A stretch of DNA of 61,020 bases, filler included, from Syncephalis fuscata S228 (Eukaryota; Fungi; Zoopagomycota), in NCBI GenBank assembly GCA_025786725.1. It is 3 parts of 3 records of this genome, joined end to end, with 100 filler letters (N's around TTAATTAATTAA, not from the genome) between each part and the next. Parts side by side here need not be neighbours in the genome. Positions count along the whole stretch, not along the records: positions 28,087 to 55,192 come from JAHLTZ010000106.1; 2 more parts are not named here. One strand, written 5' to 3'. This document shows positions 27,987 to 41,709 of the stretch, one piece after another. Made by a program: the position numbers and the translations under genes. The notes beneath the pieces were generated by a model, which did no database searches, had not been told where the DNA came from, and worked only from the letters and a program-made list of their open reading frames with translations. Every line of letters starts with the position of its first letter. Within the stretch, counting starts at the first letter, position 1.

Positions 27987-28086
27987 NNNNNNNNNNNNNN
28001 NNNNNNNNNNNNNNNNNNNNNNNNNNNNNNTTAATTAATTAANNNNNNNNNNNNNNNNNNNNNNNNNNNNNNNNNNNNNNNNNNNN
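27987..28086. other. Artificial contig-join linker
   Basis: N-run, TTAATTAATTAA (stops in all six frames), N-run; unrelated truncated genes on either side. Confidence 0.97.
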
Positions 28087-30348
28087 GGCTCATCGCCCAT
28101 GCCTAGTCGACTAGCTACACCGTCGTCAAGACGTAATAGCGGTGAAGAGGAGCGTGATAATGAGGAAGGCATGGCAAATGATGCCAATGATGAAGAATGG
28201 GTTACAGTAAGCGGCAAATTCCACTTTGTCGATTTGGCTGGTTCTGAGCGATTAAAAAGAACAAATGCTGTTGGCGATCGAGCCAAAGAGGGCATCAGTA
28301 TTAATGCTGGTCTATCGGCACTTGGCAATGTTATCAGTGCATTGGGCGACTCATCACGCAAAGTAGCCCATATTCCGTATCGTGACTCAAAGTTAACTCG
28401 TTTATTACAAGATTCACTCGGTGGCAACAGTCAAACATTAATGATTGCTTGTGCATCGCCAGCAGCTGTCAATGTACTTGAAACTTTAGTAAGTAATATA
28501 AATACGTAGTTTATTAAATGACTGTCTAACAAGTACATTGATACTATGGTGCTATTTGTAGAATACATTGCAATACGCAAATCGAGCACGTAATATTAAA
28601 AATAAAATTTCACTCAACGAGGAGATGTCAACCGATATCGGATATTTACAGGCCCAAGTCACAAAACTACGTGCAGAACTTCGTGCATTAAAAATGGCGT
28701 CACCTACACCAGAAAGTAAGTATAATAATAAGTAAATTACACTGACATTAACAATAATTTAGACAACCGTGAATTAGTACGATCTGCTTCGCCAAATCGA
28801 CCTGCTTCGCCAAGTCCTGCTTCACCAACTGTACCCAGTATCTCTAGTCCATTGTCACCATATCGTTTCAGATCGTCATCTATTGGCAATGGCAATGGCA
28901 ATAATAACAGCAGTAATGGCGACTCAATGTCTACATTTGCTACTCGTCGTATTCAAGAGCTGGAAACTGAAGTAACACGTGTCACTGCCTCTTACCAGCA
29001 TCTTTTAATGCAATATGAAAACATTTGCCACAGTAATTCTGCTTTACAGCAGGCCACGGTTCAAAATGGAATTCGTAACAAAGTTAAAAAACGACACGTA
29101 AGATCTGATTCTTTAAGTTCAACATCCTACGCCAGTTCAGAACAATCGATCGATGCTACAGATATGGACGATGACGATGAAAGTATACTAGAAGAAGACG
29201 AAGAAGAGGAAGAGGAGGAAGAGGAGGAGGAAGAGGAAGAAGATACTGGTTTAAGCGAAAGTGAATATGGCGAAGAAACGGAAAGTGAAGCTGAAACAGC
29301 CACTAGTGTGGGTGATGACCTTGAACGTGAACATGATTCACAAAACGGCGATACTACTATTAATGGTAATGCCGCAACAGCAACAGTAGAAGATACAACA
29401 GACGATGAAAGTTATATGGCTATGACATCGTTTCAGCAACAGGTTGAACCGGTGATTGAGGAGTATGAAAAAGTAGTAGCTGGACTTGAAGAGCAATTGC
29501 GCGAGACTGAAGAAGCAATTCAACGCACAGGAGAAGAGTTGTTGATGTATAAGGAACGTGCACTTCAAGCCGATGAAGTACAGCGAGCCAATAATCAAGA
29601 GTTAATGGATCTACGAACACAGTTGCAACAACTGGAACAAGCACATATTCTATACCGAGAACAAGAGGCCGATGCTGAATGTGCACAGTCGGAGATTACT
29701 AGACTACAACGAACAGTACAAGATTTAGAAGCACAATTGGAAGAGGAACGTGAAGCTGCTGCTGTTGCTGTAGCTACTGCTGCTGTTGCCGCTGCTGCCA
29801 ATAGGGCCACACCTCATATACGCACACCAGAATTAAAGGCCGATCATTTTGCAGCCAATAGTCATAGTGGTCGTGCTACACCTATACCAATTCGTGCTAA
29901 ATCTGTAGCCAGTTATACTAAAGAGCTAGACCAAACGGATAATGAAGAGCAGCCGCGACAGCAGCCACCCACACCACCACAAATATTGCTAAACTCGTCG
30001 GATATTACACTTGCCGTCTCGAATGACGCCGAGACTAGCTACGAGCAAGAGAACGATGAAGATAACAAAAGTATCATTAGCAATAGTAGAAGTATACATA
30101 GTCATGGTATTAAAAGTAGAAGTGGTAGTAGTATGACACAACGACACGCCATTGAACACTATGGAAGTGCATGTGATTTTAAAGAAAATCCTACGGCCGC
30201 CGCTGTTCTCTACCGACTACGCGCCGATCTACGTGCCGCCGAACAACGAGCCAATCGGTTTACGTACATGAATATTTTATTACTTATTCTTTGTGCCTAC
30301 ACAGCTTATTGGGCCTATAGGATGAATTTGACATCACCCGTATTCTAA
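28087..30348 (+). CDS. Kinesin-4-like (KIF4/KIF21/KIF27-type) motor, 5' truncated, with acidic tract, coiled coil and C-terminal TM helix
   Basis: [43 protein letters not shown]|[14 protein letters not shown]; exons 28087-28488, 28562-28715, 28763-30348. Confidence 0.9.
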
Positions 30349-30507
30349 TTTAATGACACCATAACTATGTATATCAGTGTTATCATCTCTTCATTTTTGA
30401 TACTGAGTTATTAACATCATCCTGTTCTATTCTATCTATTCATAACAATATAACATTGTTGTAATGTAACCATTGATACTTAGTACAGTGATTGTTGATG
30501 GTTCTAC

Positions 30508-30590
30508 TATTGCTGTTGTTGTTATTGTTGTTGTTGCTGCTATTGTTGTTGTTATTGCTGTTATTGCTGTTGCTTTTGTTGTTGTTGTTT
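30508..30590. repeat. Imperfect (TTG/CTG/TTA)n microsatellite
   Basis: Direct reading; lies downstream of the kinesin stop codon. Confidence 0.8.
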
Positions 30591-31099
30591 TCTTATTTTA
30601 ATTTCATTATTACATTATTGTAATCTATCATTCAAGTGTGTAGTCATTTATTTGTTTAAATAGCCAGTGTACTAATCATATTTAAATAGCATAGAATATT
30701 AATAATCTGTCGGTAGTATGTTTATAATAATAAGTAGTCTTGATGGTAAAATGGTATGCTTTTTTTTAATATATCGCCTATTACTGGTGAACATGTTTTA
30801 CGACAATAATATTACGTAAATAGACTTATACAGCAAGCTTTTACTCTTTTTACCTTAAACCATTTGCACTTTGCTCAACTACTACGCTTGCGACTGTTTT
30901 AATTATATATATATATTCAAACGTAAAATATTAGTATGCTTGTCCATATTTACTTTGTTATATTTTATTTTAATAATAAACTTTTGATAATAGCCTTTAG
31001 CATTCTTTATATCTTTTCTAAATATGATACTAGCTATTTATTTAATTAGAAATAATCCCAGTGCCAGCTGTCTAATTAAGGGTCCGTTAGACTATTCCT

Positions 31100-31994
31100 C
31101 TATGATTTGCTTGATAGATTCGATTCAGTATCATTCCTTTCTACTGCAATCAGTTCAAACTTAATCACCAATAATGTAGATGCTCCATCGCGTGTACGCA
31201 TCACATAAGATAAAGGCTGGTAACAATTAGTACAGTGTTTACGTATTTAATTGATTCACTATACTTGCTTGTTCATCCCAATAGGAAAGTAAAGAAACAG
31301 AGCCCCAACCAGGAATACGAACACCTAATGTATTGAAGTCAAGTATACCGTTACAAAACTCCATAGCATATTCGTAACGCGAAGACAGCTCAATTGCTTG
31401 TTGATTGGCCGGTTTAGCAAAGTATGAACGACGTGCCGATGCTGTCCTTGCCTTCATATCTGGAAATAAAGGCCCGTTATGTTCTTTAAGCGGCTGCAGT
31501 ATCTCTTCCGCAGTTTCTTCGCCTTTGTTTCCATTATCATCCTTTTGTCGTACTGCTACACTTTGCATTGTACATAGTACAGGTGATAGCGCCCATGGCT
31601 TTTCCGCATAAAGATCAGCCTCAAGACCGGGATCGATAAACATACGCATGGCACGCACGGCTAGATTGGCGCCCATTGGCAAACGAATAGGCGCATCAAA
31701 TACATTACCAAATACAATATCGTTGGCCAAGAAGGATTGCAGGAATTGGCCACGAATTGTAATTGCAAAAGTTGTATTTGGCGCATGCTTGAAGTACTCG
31801 GCGGTTTGCGGTGCAGATACAGCGGGTAGTTTTGTTGGTGCAGCAAATGCTTCGCAATTACGAATACGTATCCATACTTGTCCGCGAAAGTGCTCACCGT
31901 CCACCTGGGCTGGGTATTCGTCGTCGTTAGGTGTAATTGGTACTTGTTGTGCAGAACTGGGTCCTACTGACACTCGTAATTTATATTTAGACAT
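31100..31994 (-). CDS. DUF1769-family protein, 2 exons
   Basis: LRVSVGPS, FRGQVWIRI, YF...TFAITIRGQF, DIVFGNVFDAPIRLP, IDPGLEADLYAEKPWALSP, YWDEQ|PLSYVMR. Confidence 0.82.
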
Positions 31995-33387
31995 GTTATG
32001 TAGCGAGAATTGCAGACAAAAAAAAGCTTTTGTTAAAGCAAAGTAACCAACCACTGTCACTTTTATCCACTGCTCTCTTATCAGTGTATATAAAATAAAA
32101 ATGAGTTTTCAGATTCTTATGCACGTGATAGTAATGATAACGTCATCAAATAACTAGAGATAGATCTATTGTACACATGTTATTTGGTTATTCGACACGT
32201 ACGATATAAATATACAGTAACAGTATTTTATTTTGTTATCGATAAACCACTGCCTTGTTTTTCAAAGTATTTTAATATTATTTAATTACCCTATTAGTGG
32301 CATGTTCTATGGCTACACTTGTATCTGGTGCTAAATGACTTTTATTCTATATTATTTAAGCTTTTTTAATATACTGATTAATACTGAATATATGTCCTAT
32401 GATGATGAGTAGTTTTAATTCACTCATATTAACCATACAATCTACGTCATCACTCTTTCTCTTTTTTCTTCTTCACACTTGATAGCATATAATTGTACAT
32501 GTCATATATGCTACTTAGATAGTATCAGTAGTTATTTGCCTACTAGTTAGGTACAAACACTATTTACATTACTCTCTTGCATTGTTATTTTGTAATCTGA
32601 CCTTTTTTACAAGTCATTTTCATCACTTCGATCATTACTACTGGTATCTTTATCGGCACAATAAGTGCATTTCTGACTTTGCTTTATGCTATTTTGAATA
32701 TATGTTGTAAGAAACATGTTGTCTGCTTTATTCTTGCTATGGATCACTGTAGATCTATAGTAAAACAAAGCCTACAGTAACTTTGGCAGAATATAGCCAT
32801 TAGTTAGTCATTCTCTGGCTGTATTTATACCAATCTGCACTTTAAACATACATTGTGTATTAGAGCGTGTGTGTAAATATTACTGCATTTTATTGAATTA
32901 AATACATATTGTATAAATAATAACGATATCATAAAAACTATTGCATGTGTATCTATTGTCAGCCATTTGGTAATAACATTGGTAATTGATATTATAGTGT
33001 GACTGTGTACTAAAGCTGCCAAGCAATAGGCTTTATTCTCTCTGTCGAGTCACCAGTTTTTAACTCAATCATCGCTTTTGTAATTGCATTAATGTATAAA
33101 TGAAAACAATAATAAAAACACAAATCAATAAGAATATAGCATGTATATATATATAGTATAATAAACGTTGTTGCCATTATTATTATTAATTGGAAATGAA
33201 ATAAACCAAATAGTTAAAACAAATAGCAAGCGAATGAGAAAGATGGGTAATATAGATAGATATACGCGCGTACACACGTAAAACAGAATGGATTTTGACA
33301 CTTTACACGGATAAAATAACATTAACAATAGAACGATAGCAGCAAAAGTAATGATCATAAAAAGAATATTACTAGGCTACCTGCGTA

Positions 33388-35892
33388 CTATTTGGCTGGT
33401 AGTCCACCCTCAAGTAAACGAGATAAAGCGTTGAGGTTGGGACAGCCATCGAGTACAATGTTGGATGAGCCATTAGTTGTTGACATGGTCTCTTCAAAGT
33501 GTTGTTCTAATTCACGAATATTGGCCTGTAAATCATTCAAATCCATAAGGTCCTGCTCTGAACCAAGTGTAGCACTAGTGGCACGGGATGAGTTTGTGCC
33601 TGTACTGCTATTACTGCCACCATAGCCTAGTGATGACTTGGACGCAATGGATGAAGCTGAAGTCAGCGTTCCATTGCTGTTGGTGCGTACTGGTCCACGT
33701 GGTGGATCTCCCGACTCAAGTTGGCGAATACGTTCGCGCAACTGGGCAATCTCTTCAACTTTACGACGTTGTACCTCTTCTGCTAATCGAACACGGCCGT
33801 TAACAAGACGTAAATCATCTTCCACACGTTTACGTGCATTCGTCTCGGTCCTTAGTCTTGTTTCAAGCTGTGTTACCGTCTTTTCATACTCTTCAATAAT
33901 CGGTTCAATTTCAGCAACGAATGCTGGATTATTTAAACGAGCAAGCGCTTCATCGCCCATGGATTCTTTGCCAAAGGAATCGGCCGCATGGTTGCCATTA
34001 GAAGAAGGTCCTCCATTGGCCATAACACCCATGACACGGCAGTGTTCATCGCGTAGATTGGATAGTTCAGCGGCCGTCTCTTCATATTTAACCAATAAAT
34101 GGCGATATGATTTATTAATACGATTCATTTCAGCTTCTGTCTTCTGTAGCCGACGAACAACGGCCGGCGGAAGACTATCAAGACCAATCGGGCCCTGTCC
34201 TGACGTTGGACTCATCGTATTGGGCGTAAGTGGCCGATGCTGTGCAGTTGGCGAGCTCATCGTGCTTCTTGGGCCTTGTTCATCATAATTATCAGATCCA
34301 CCACGTTCTTTAAGTGTTTTAACTTCTGAGCGCAATTTTACAACTTGCTGTTGCAGCCATGTAACATCATTTGACATCTCTTCATTTTTACTTGCAACAT
34401 TCTTGATATTTCGAGCTCGATTGGCGTATTTAAGCGTATTAAGTGTTTCAGCCATATTCGATGCAGCTGGCGACACACAAGCAATCATTAATGTTTGACT
34501 GTTACCACCGAGTGAATCTTGTAATAAACGAGTTAACTTTGAGTCACGATACGGAATGTGTGTAGCTTTTTTTGCTGAGTCGCCCAATGCACTGATAACA
34601 TTGCCAAGTGCCGATAGACCAGCATTAATACTGATGCCCTCTTTGGCTCGATCACCGCTGGCATTTGTTCTTTTTAATCGCTCAGAACCAGCCAAATCGA
34701 CAAAGTGGAATTTACTTGTAACAACCGTCCATTCACCGCCGCTATTATCTTCGGTGGCTGCACGGCGGTGCGGCCCCAATGGTGATGAGGCACGGCGTCC
34801 AACACGAGACTGTATACCCGATGGTGTACCCGACCGTGGAACGGCTAGCTTTGACTGGCCATTATTTCCATCACCTGATTGCGATCTTGTCGTAAAGTGA
34901 CGCTAAAAATAGCATGAGATCGTGATGACTTTTCATTCATGTCAGTCTGGCCCACTTGGCGGTGTTGCGAGCCTAGTTCCAATTGTCTAATAAATGCAGC
35001 AATTAATATTTGCTAGTATCGGTGTTTTAACATATATCCACAAACTACTTACTGCATTACATCATCCGTTGAGTGCACCTGTACTTCACGAATACCAGTC
35101 CAATAAATATTACCACGCGGATCTTCTCGAATTTGTACTTGCGCCCGCGCATTAGATTCCGAAAGGAGATCGATCAATTCTTCGTTATAAATTTCCAAAA
35201 ATGATACTCGTACTTGATATCGAGTATTACTACGCGATTGTTGCGCTTGATAGATTCGCTCGAATAGCTCCTGAATAGCACGTGGAATAATACCCACAGC
35301 ATCGTTGTTGTAGTCATGTGCGCATCCAGTGCCCATGGTGTGGGTCTTACCAGAGGATGTTTGGCCATAGGCCAATATAGTGGCATTATAGCCATCAAAG
35401 AACTTATCCAATAGAGGTGTAGCCAATTCCTCGTACACTTCAAGCTGAGTCGATTCAGGATCAAATACATAGTCATAAGAGAAGTTACGGGCCTCTGGCA
35501 CTACAGTGACAACACGGCGATGCTGATCCAGGCTAAGTACTTCGAATCCGCCATTTCGCTGTGCTAGCTCTATTTCGTTAAGTGGGCGAGTTCGTACAGC
35601 TAGAGTATTTTCGTGGCAAATAATAAATAGATACGTATTAATTAGTATGGATTTTGTGTATGCAAATGTTCAGGTGTGCATAAAACATTATATGTCTATA
35701 CTGGCAGTGCTACTTTCTCCTACTTCTCCTCTGTACAACCTGCCGTAGCTATTATCGCGTAGGCACTACCAAGTCTTTTGTGATGTCCAGCTATTATTCA
35801 CCTGCCACACTATACTTACCAACTTTAACGGAGACGCTATTCGAATCACCGGCGGCACTGCTCCCATTGGAACAAACACTATGGGCTGTCAT
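33388..35892 (-). CDS. Kinesin-4-like motor with short coiled-coil tail; apparent frameshift near 34880
   Basis: VKV|[64 protein letters not shown]. Confidence 0.9.
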
Positions 35893-37464
35893 GCTTATGG
35901 CTTAAATACACCTTGTGCTAGAACCAAGGTTCAGTCGTTGAGAATAAAGAAGAATCCTATAATTCTGTCAATAAACAGTACAGCTATTCACATAAATAAC
36001 AAATTCAATGCACAGGCTGTCGATGAAAGCGGAGCTAAAAGATGAAATAAAGCAGTGGAAAGGAGAACGACTAGACGTGTGACCTAGTGAAGGTCACTTC
36101 ACTTTTTGTTTGGTCACTTCTGCCTTTTCAGCACGATGCTACACCGGCTGCTTATCGTCGTTGCTTGTTGGTTGGTTGGTTCACGTCAGTAACACGACCA
36201 GATGACACCTCAACCACACAAGCAACTCGTAGCCGTGGTATCAATAGTTATACCAAGCTATCTAAATAAACATTACAACTTTAACCAATACCTACCTTTT
36301 ATATTGGTATTTATGCTTGTGTATGTATGGCGTGGAAAGAAAGAAACCAGTAGACGCTTGCAGATCCAGACGGACAATCTTTTGCCGTGATGCAAGTAGA
36401 GTGTAGTTGAAAGTAGTAAACGAACCAGTTTGCTCAGACAAAATTATTGTATGTAATGATGGATGAGTACTAGTGAAAACAGTAATAAGAAGAATCGAGG
36501 CGGTGGCAGCCGTGGCTAAAAGAACGAGCAAGGATAAAAACGACAGTGTAAGCGATAAAGAAGTGGACGCTAGCTATTCGTACAGGGAGACTTGTTAATA
36601 TGCTCTCGATAGCTAGTTTATACACAAGGTGAGCAGTGGAGCTGCGAGCAAGCATGCTTGACCAACGCATTTGCCGTGATAGGTGCAGCACGCTACATGT
36701 GCCACTGCCTGTGCAAAAAATATGACCTTTGTCATTAAAAATTAATGTAGTATTCATAACGACTGTGTTAACGCTGGCTAGTACAGACTATCCAGTATGG
36801 GCCATTGCAAGGACATTAATGACTTTGAAACGATGTTTAATTAACGTATTAGCATTGCAACCACTAACAATAATCTATATCGATCTATTTATATGATCTT
36901 AGCTGATAAATAATTGATGGCGTAGTACAGTTAGTATCTGTGGAACATAAATGTTATATTTCATCGTAAAATAGAACTGCTATAATTATAGCTATTATAA
37001 TTAACGTAATGTTACTAATGACTATAATAAATGGTACTATAACTTTATTTTATTTTAAAATATGTATACTAAACAAATAAATAGAACAAATAGCTATTTA
37101 AATAGATAAATGAATAAAAAGTTAAAAGCAAATTTTAAAATTGGCGGAATTTGAAATTTAAATGATCGCCAAATTTGCTTTATGGCGGTTTTAATATGGT
37201 AATTCATAATTAATGCATTATACTAATATTATTCAGCATTTAATTCATCATATTGTATTAAAATTAAATATCTATAATGTCATATTTTCTTTATCGTTTG
37301 AATTAATTTAAATACTGCTTAAATTATTGCTTTATAAATATAAATAACCTTGATGACATTAAAATGTAATGTTTTGATAAATAATAATATTTGTTACTAT
37401 ATGAATAGCATACTGTTACTCAACAGCTTTATTAATACTGAAATGATCCACGTATTAAATGTTA

Positions 37465-38693
37465 CTACCTAATGATTTGCAAGGTAGCTGTGCCTGACAT
37501 GGCCAGACCGCCTTCTTCATTGGTGGCCCACAAATGACACTGTAACTGGTCTGGCTTGGTGTCTACTCCACTATTGGTTGCCCATCGCCCATGCAAAGAT
37601 ACAGGACGGCCACAGTAAAGTGGGCTAATAGCTCGATAGGAAAATGTACTAATCCATAGTTGTTGTAAATGCTTGCTCGCTTGTTCTTCAAGTAGTCCAA
37701 GTAATAATGTGCATGTTAGTGGTCCATGAACCAATGGAGCTATTCTAAAGCGTTAGTGTCGTTCATTTAATGGCTATTAATGCTACGACCTGCCTGAATA
37801 GCCTTCCTCTCGAGCAGCATACTCGTGGTCATAATGAATTCGATGACTATTAAAGGTAAGTGCTGAATAGCGGAATAGTGTAATTGGTGTTGGCGTAAGT
37901 GTACATGAAAACTCGGCTGTTTTATTCGCTATACAATAAATAATATCATTAGTATGTATTATTAATCAATATTAAATATTGTCAAATAATTACGTAATAT
38001 GTGCTTAGGCTTGACCAGTGAAGCTGTTCCGGTAGGCAAATACGCAATACATTGCTCATCCATTACAGTGGGACCGTTTGCATTCTTAATAAGTCGTTCG
38101 ATTGTTACAAATGCCGTTGTGCCCTGGTTACTTTGCTTGATTTTTACTGACGAGCAACGCGTTTCCCGCTGCACTCGATCACCAACACATAAAGCATTGT
38201 TTGGCCACCACTCCATTCGGCCGCTTGCCCAGACACGGCGTTCAAAAGGAGGTGGCGGCTGCCAATTGGACTCGTATCCATCTGATGCTAATTCAGTTTC
38301 CCGTAAATGTTGTGGAAAATAAGCAAGATGCCAATTACGTGGTAATGGTGTGCCAGATGCTGGTTCAAGTACATCAACGAAATCGTTAGCCGATAGTGCT
38401 GATAGCTTGTTATTTGTATCTGTGCCAACTGCTGCTACTAATTGTTCCTTTCGAGTTGATATTGGCCGATCTAACGTCATACACATTAATGTATATTGTG
38501 ATGGAGTTATTGTATCGAGCTGTATTTCTCGTCGATGGGCTATTCTATCTGCCCAGGTATTAACCAATATCGCCAATGCTTTTGGATCTTGGTTTTGTTG
38601 CGTCATCGTTGAATATCGCTGCACGTTGTATCGCAAATAATTGCCGAATGGCCGACTATGTCGTTTAGCAATTAGTGTAATGAGGCGTGTCAT
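37465..38693 (-). CDS. HTD2: Mitochondrial hydroxyacyl-thioester dehydratase type 2 (double hotdog fold)
   Basis: LPRNWHLAYF, LASDGYE, PFERRVWASG, LFRYSALTFNSHRIHYD, LVHGPL, FSYRAISPLYC. Confidence 0.88.
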
Positions 38694-38947
38694 GACAAAC
38701 ACAGCTAGACTAAGAGTCGTTTAATTAGCAATAAAAGAGGGGCCAAATAACGTGCTATAGTAATTATCCCTTTTACACCATTCAAATATACACATTAGCA
38801 ATTTTAATGCAATTCACGTATCATTATTATTACTATGTCATAACAGCTACATTATCCTGTAGTAGGCAACATTTAACATAAACCACTTAATTTATTAACA
38901 TCACAAACAAAAAATAAAAACGCCAGCAAATAGTGGGCCATCAGTGC

Positions 38948-41709
38948 TTAATTGGAATTTGCAACAGAATCTAACTCAGCCATACAAGTATCTTCCGACT
39001 AGATGTTCAGTTTAAATAAATCAAACGATTAGCTAATAGTGACAATTAAACAATACTATATCTTACCATTTGCTGTTCATCAGCAATACACAACGCCACG
39101 TAAAATGCTCTAGGTGAATCTCGCGGCATTGCATGGCCAATAGCAATATGGTGTTTTGCATACTCTGTATCCATACATCTGCTTTTAACCTCTAATACAG
39201 TTTGTGGCTCATCATCCCAGTCATTCAGCTGATTAGATAATTCGAAGCTGTTCTTTGCGGCAATTTTAATCGTTTTGTCATCTTCCGTTTTATATTTAAT
39301 TATAGTTGTTTGTTTTGGAGTAACATCACCAGTTGCCAATCTGGTGTGAACGTTCATTTGTATAGGAGTTACTCCAGGAAGAAGATAGCTTAGAAACATG
39401 CCATGACGACGATCCTCGTAAAATAGCGTAAATCTAATAAATTTCCGCTCGCCTTGTTTCAATTCTTCGCCTTTTCTAATATCATCTGGTATACCAGTGG
39501 AGAAAAAGTCGTTTAATTTCAAGGATATACTTGAGTGTTGATTATTTAAAACAACCGTTACTTTATAGGGTTGTGCAGTCGATGGTAAAGCTAAAAACAG
39601 CTGGTTATAATAACTATAAGCAATTATTTTAACTACTTACTTGCTGGAATTCTCGCCTCTTCATAGAATACCTATTAATTGCAATTAATACAGTGGGTAA
39701 GTGCAGTAGATTGATTATTTACCGCTGGATCGAATTCTTTTTTCAGCATTATTTTAAATAGACGATTAGGTTCCGAACTCAAATAAGTTATAAGCTGAAA
39801 ATTAACATCAGGCCTCAAGTTAATTCGTCGCTCCATTAGTCGTCCGTGGTCGTAAGAGTTTTCTGTAGTATTCTCTTGCTTGCCCACAATGCCCGAATAA
39901 GCAAAAAAGTAATCCAGTGTTTTTTCTAATTCCTCGTTTGAACTATTGCCACGGAAAGTAAACACCACAGCAGTAATAAACGAATCGTAAGTGCGCTTCA
40001 CGCGTAATAAGCAAAGATAAGGCGATTTAGCAACGGAAAGTGTAGGGGTAATAGCAAATAAATGCATAAATGACCAACTACTTTCTGATACTTTTTCGTG
40101 AAATATGCATTTTCCACTTGATGAAAGAACGCCACCACTGCAATTGCATTCAATTGAAATGGCGTTTTCATTGGCATGTTCAGGCATAAGCGGCTCAACT
40201 TCAATCTTTAAATCTCTTTCAATCTCCAATGCCAATATACCATGACCCTGCTTGTTGGATTTAATATAGCGATTAATAGTATTGCGAGCATCCTGCGAGA
40301 TGTCGCTATTAAAACATAATTGAGCAATGCTATTTGTTATTGGTGCTATGGTAACATACCTATTTTCACCTGTGGGTAGAAATAGTGGAACACCGTTAAA
40401 GTTTTTTGTAAACGCTTTTTCTAAACGAATATAAAATTCGGCATGCGATAAACGCTTAAATCTCACTGAAATCTTCAAGTCGAAATTATGCAAATGCCAC
40501 TGCGATGGACGACCACGCATAAACATGTGATGGCCCAAAATCTTTTCATGTGCGTGCAACAAAGCGTCCGTATATTCAGGGAAGTTTGCATTCTTGACGG
40601 CAAGAAGCGTACTACACACCTTACGCAACGTATGATCATGTGCAGTTACTAGAAAATCCATAGCTAAAAAAATACGGTAGCCCCACAGTAGTGGCGGTGC
40701 ATTTTGTTCACTATGCTGTAGTTCATAGACGACCGTGCCACTAGTACGCCCAAATGGTGTCTTATTTTTAAATATATACTTAGACTGCGCCCTATAACCA
40801 ATAAAATTGTGTCCTCTTGTCTTTAATTTACCATTTCTAACGATCGAACTGCAGTTGGTAAGTGTTAAATTTTCACAATCGTTGTGAATAAACACATTCA
40901 TACTGCTAGTTAATCCAAATTTATCATCATCTGTTTTAGTTTTTTCAGACTCGTTTCCTATAAAACATTAGTAAACCAACAAGCTCATTTGTACTTTAAA
41001 ACTTACCTGCTGTATCCCATGTGACATTCTCAAAGCTGTATTATTAAACAACATTATTAGCCAAATGACATTGGTCGTTGCTGTTCGCTTACTAGTTAGT
41101 GGTTAGGAAAAATGGTCGATTCATAATAGCATCCTTGTTAGCTGGTATTATCTCAACCTCCATTATGCCATTGGCAACGTCGGTTAAACTGACATTAACG
41201 GTGAATTTCGTGTCATCATCGCCAAGATTCCAGGTACGGATCATCATAGTGCCAGAAGGCTGGAATTGCGGCACAACATCTTTCAAGTAGTGTTCTTTAA
41301 GCAAACTAGTTGAAATATCCTGACCAGGATATGTTTCCACAAGGTTAAGCATTACTTTACACGCACCACCCAATTGAATATTCCAAGCAAGTAGCAAGTA
41401 GATGTTATGAGTGGTGGCGGGTGGCCGATTAAACGCTGTTATGCTATAGACACAGCATCCATCAATATGCGTTCCCAATGCATGGGCAATAAACCGAAAC
41501 GTTCTACTCTGCTCGGGCAATATACTGAATGCTTGTGGCTCGGAACACTGGCCAGCATGACAGTAGCGAGCAAAATTCTGTAGTTTCAATCTAGGATGTC
41601 TATTGCTAATATTAACCTGTAAGGTTGTACGTGTTTCTTGCCAAATAAAATAAGCAGCTCGACCGAGTAGTTCGGCCGCTTGAACTGCTCCTCCAATAGG
41701 ATCGGACAT
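38948..41709 (-). CDS. About 800-aa protein of four tandem actinoporin/cytolysin-like beta-sandwich domains (6 exons)
   Basis: In-frame GT-AG splicing links ORFs 41092-41709, 39675-40901 and 39046-39522 through small exons at about 41007-41035 and 39641-39671. Domains 1, 2 and 4 start with a V-x-I/L-x-N...L motif; domain 1 aligns by eye with actinoporins. Confidence 0.7.

Noticed and set aside
27618-28509. ARG8-kinesin fusion and ORFs reading through Ns
   Set aside because: They span an artificial linker.
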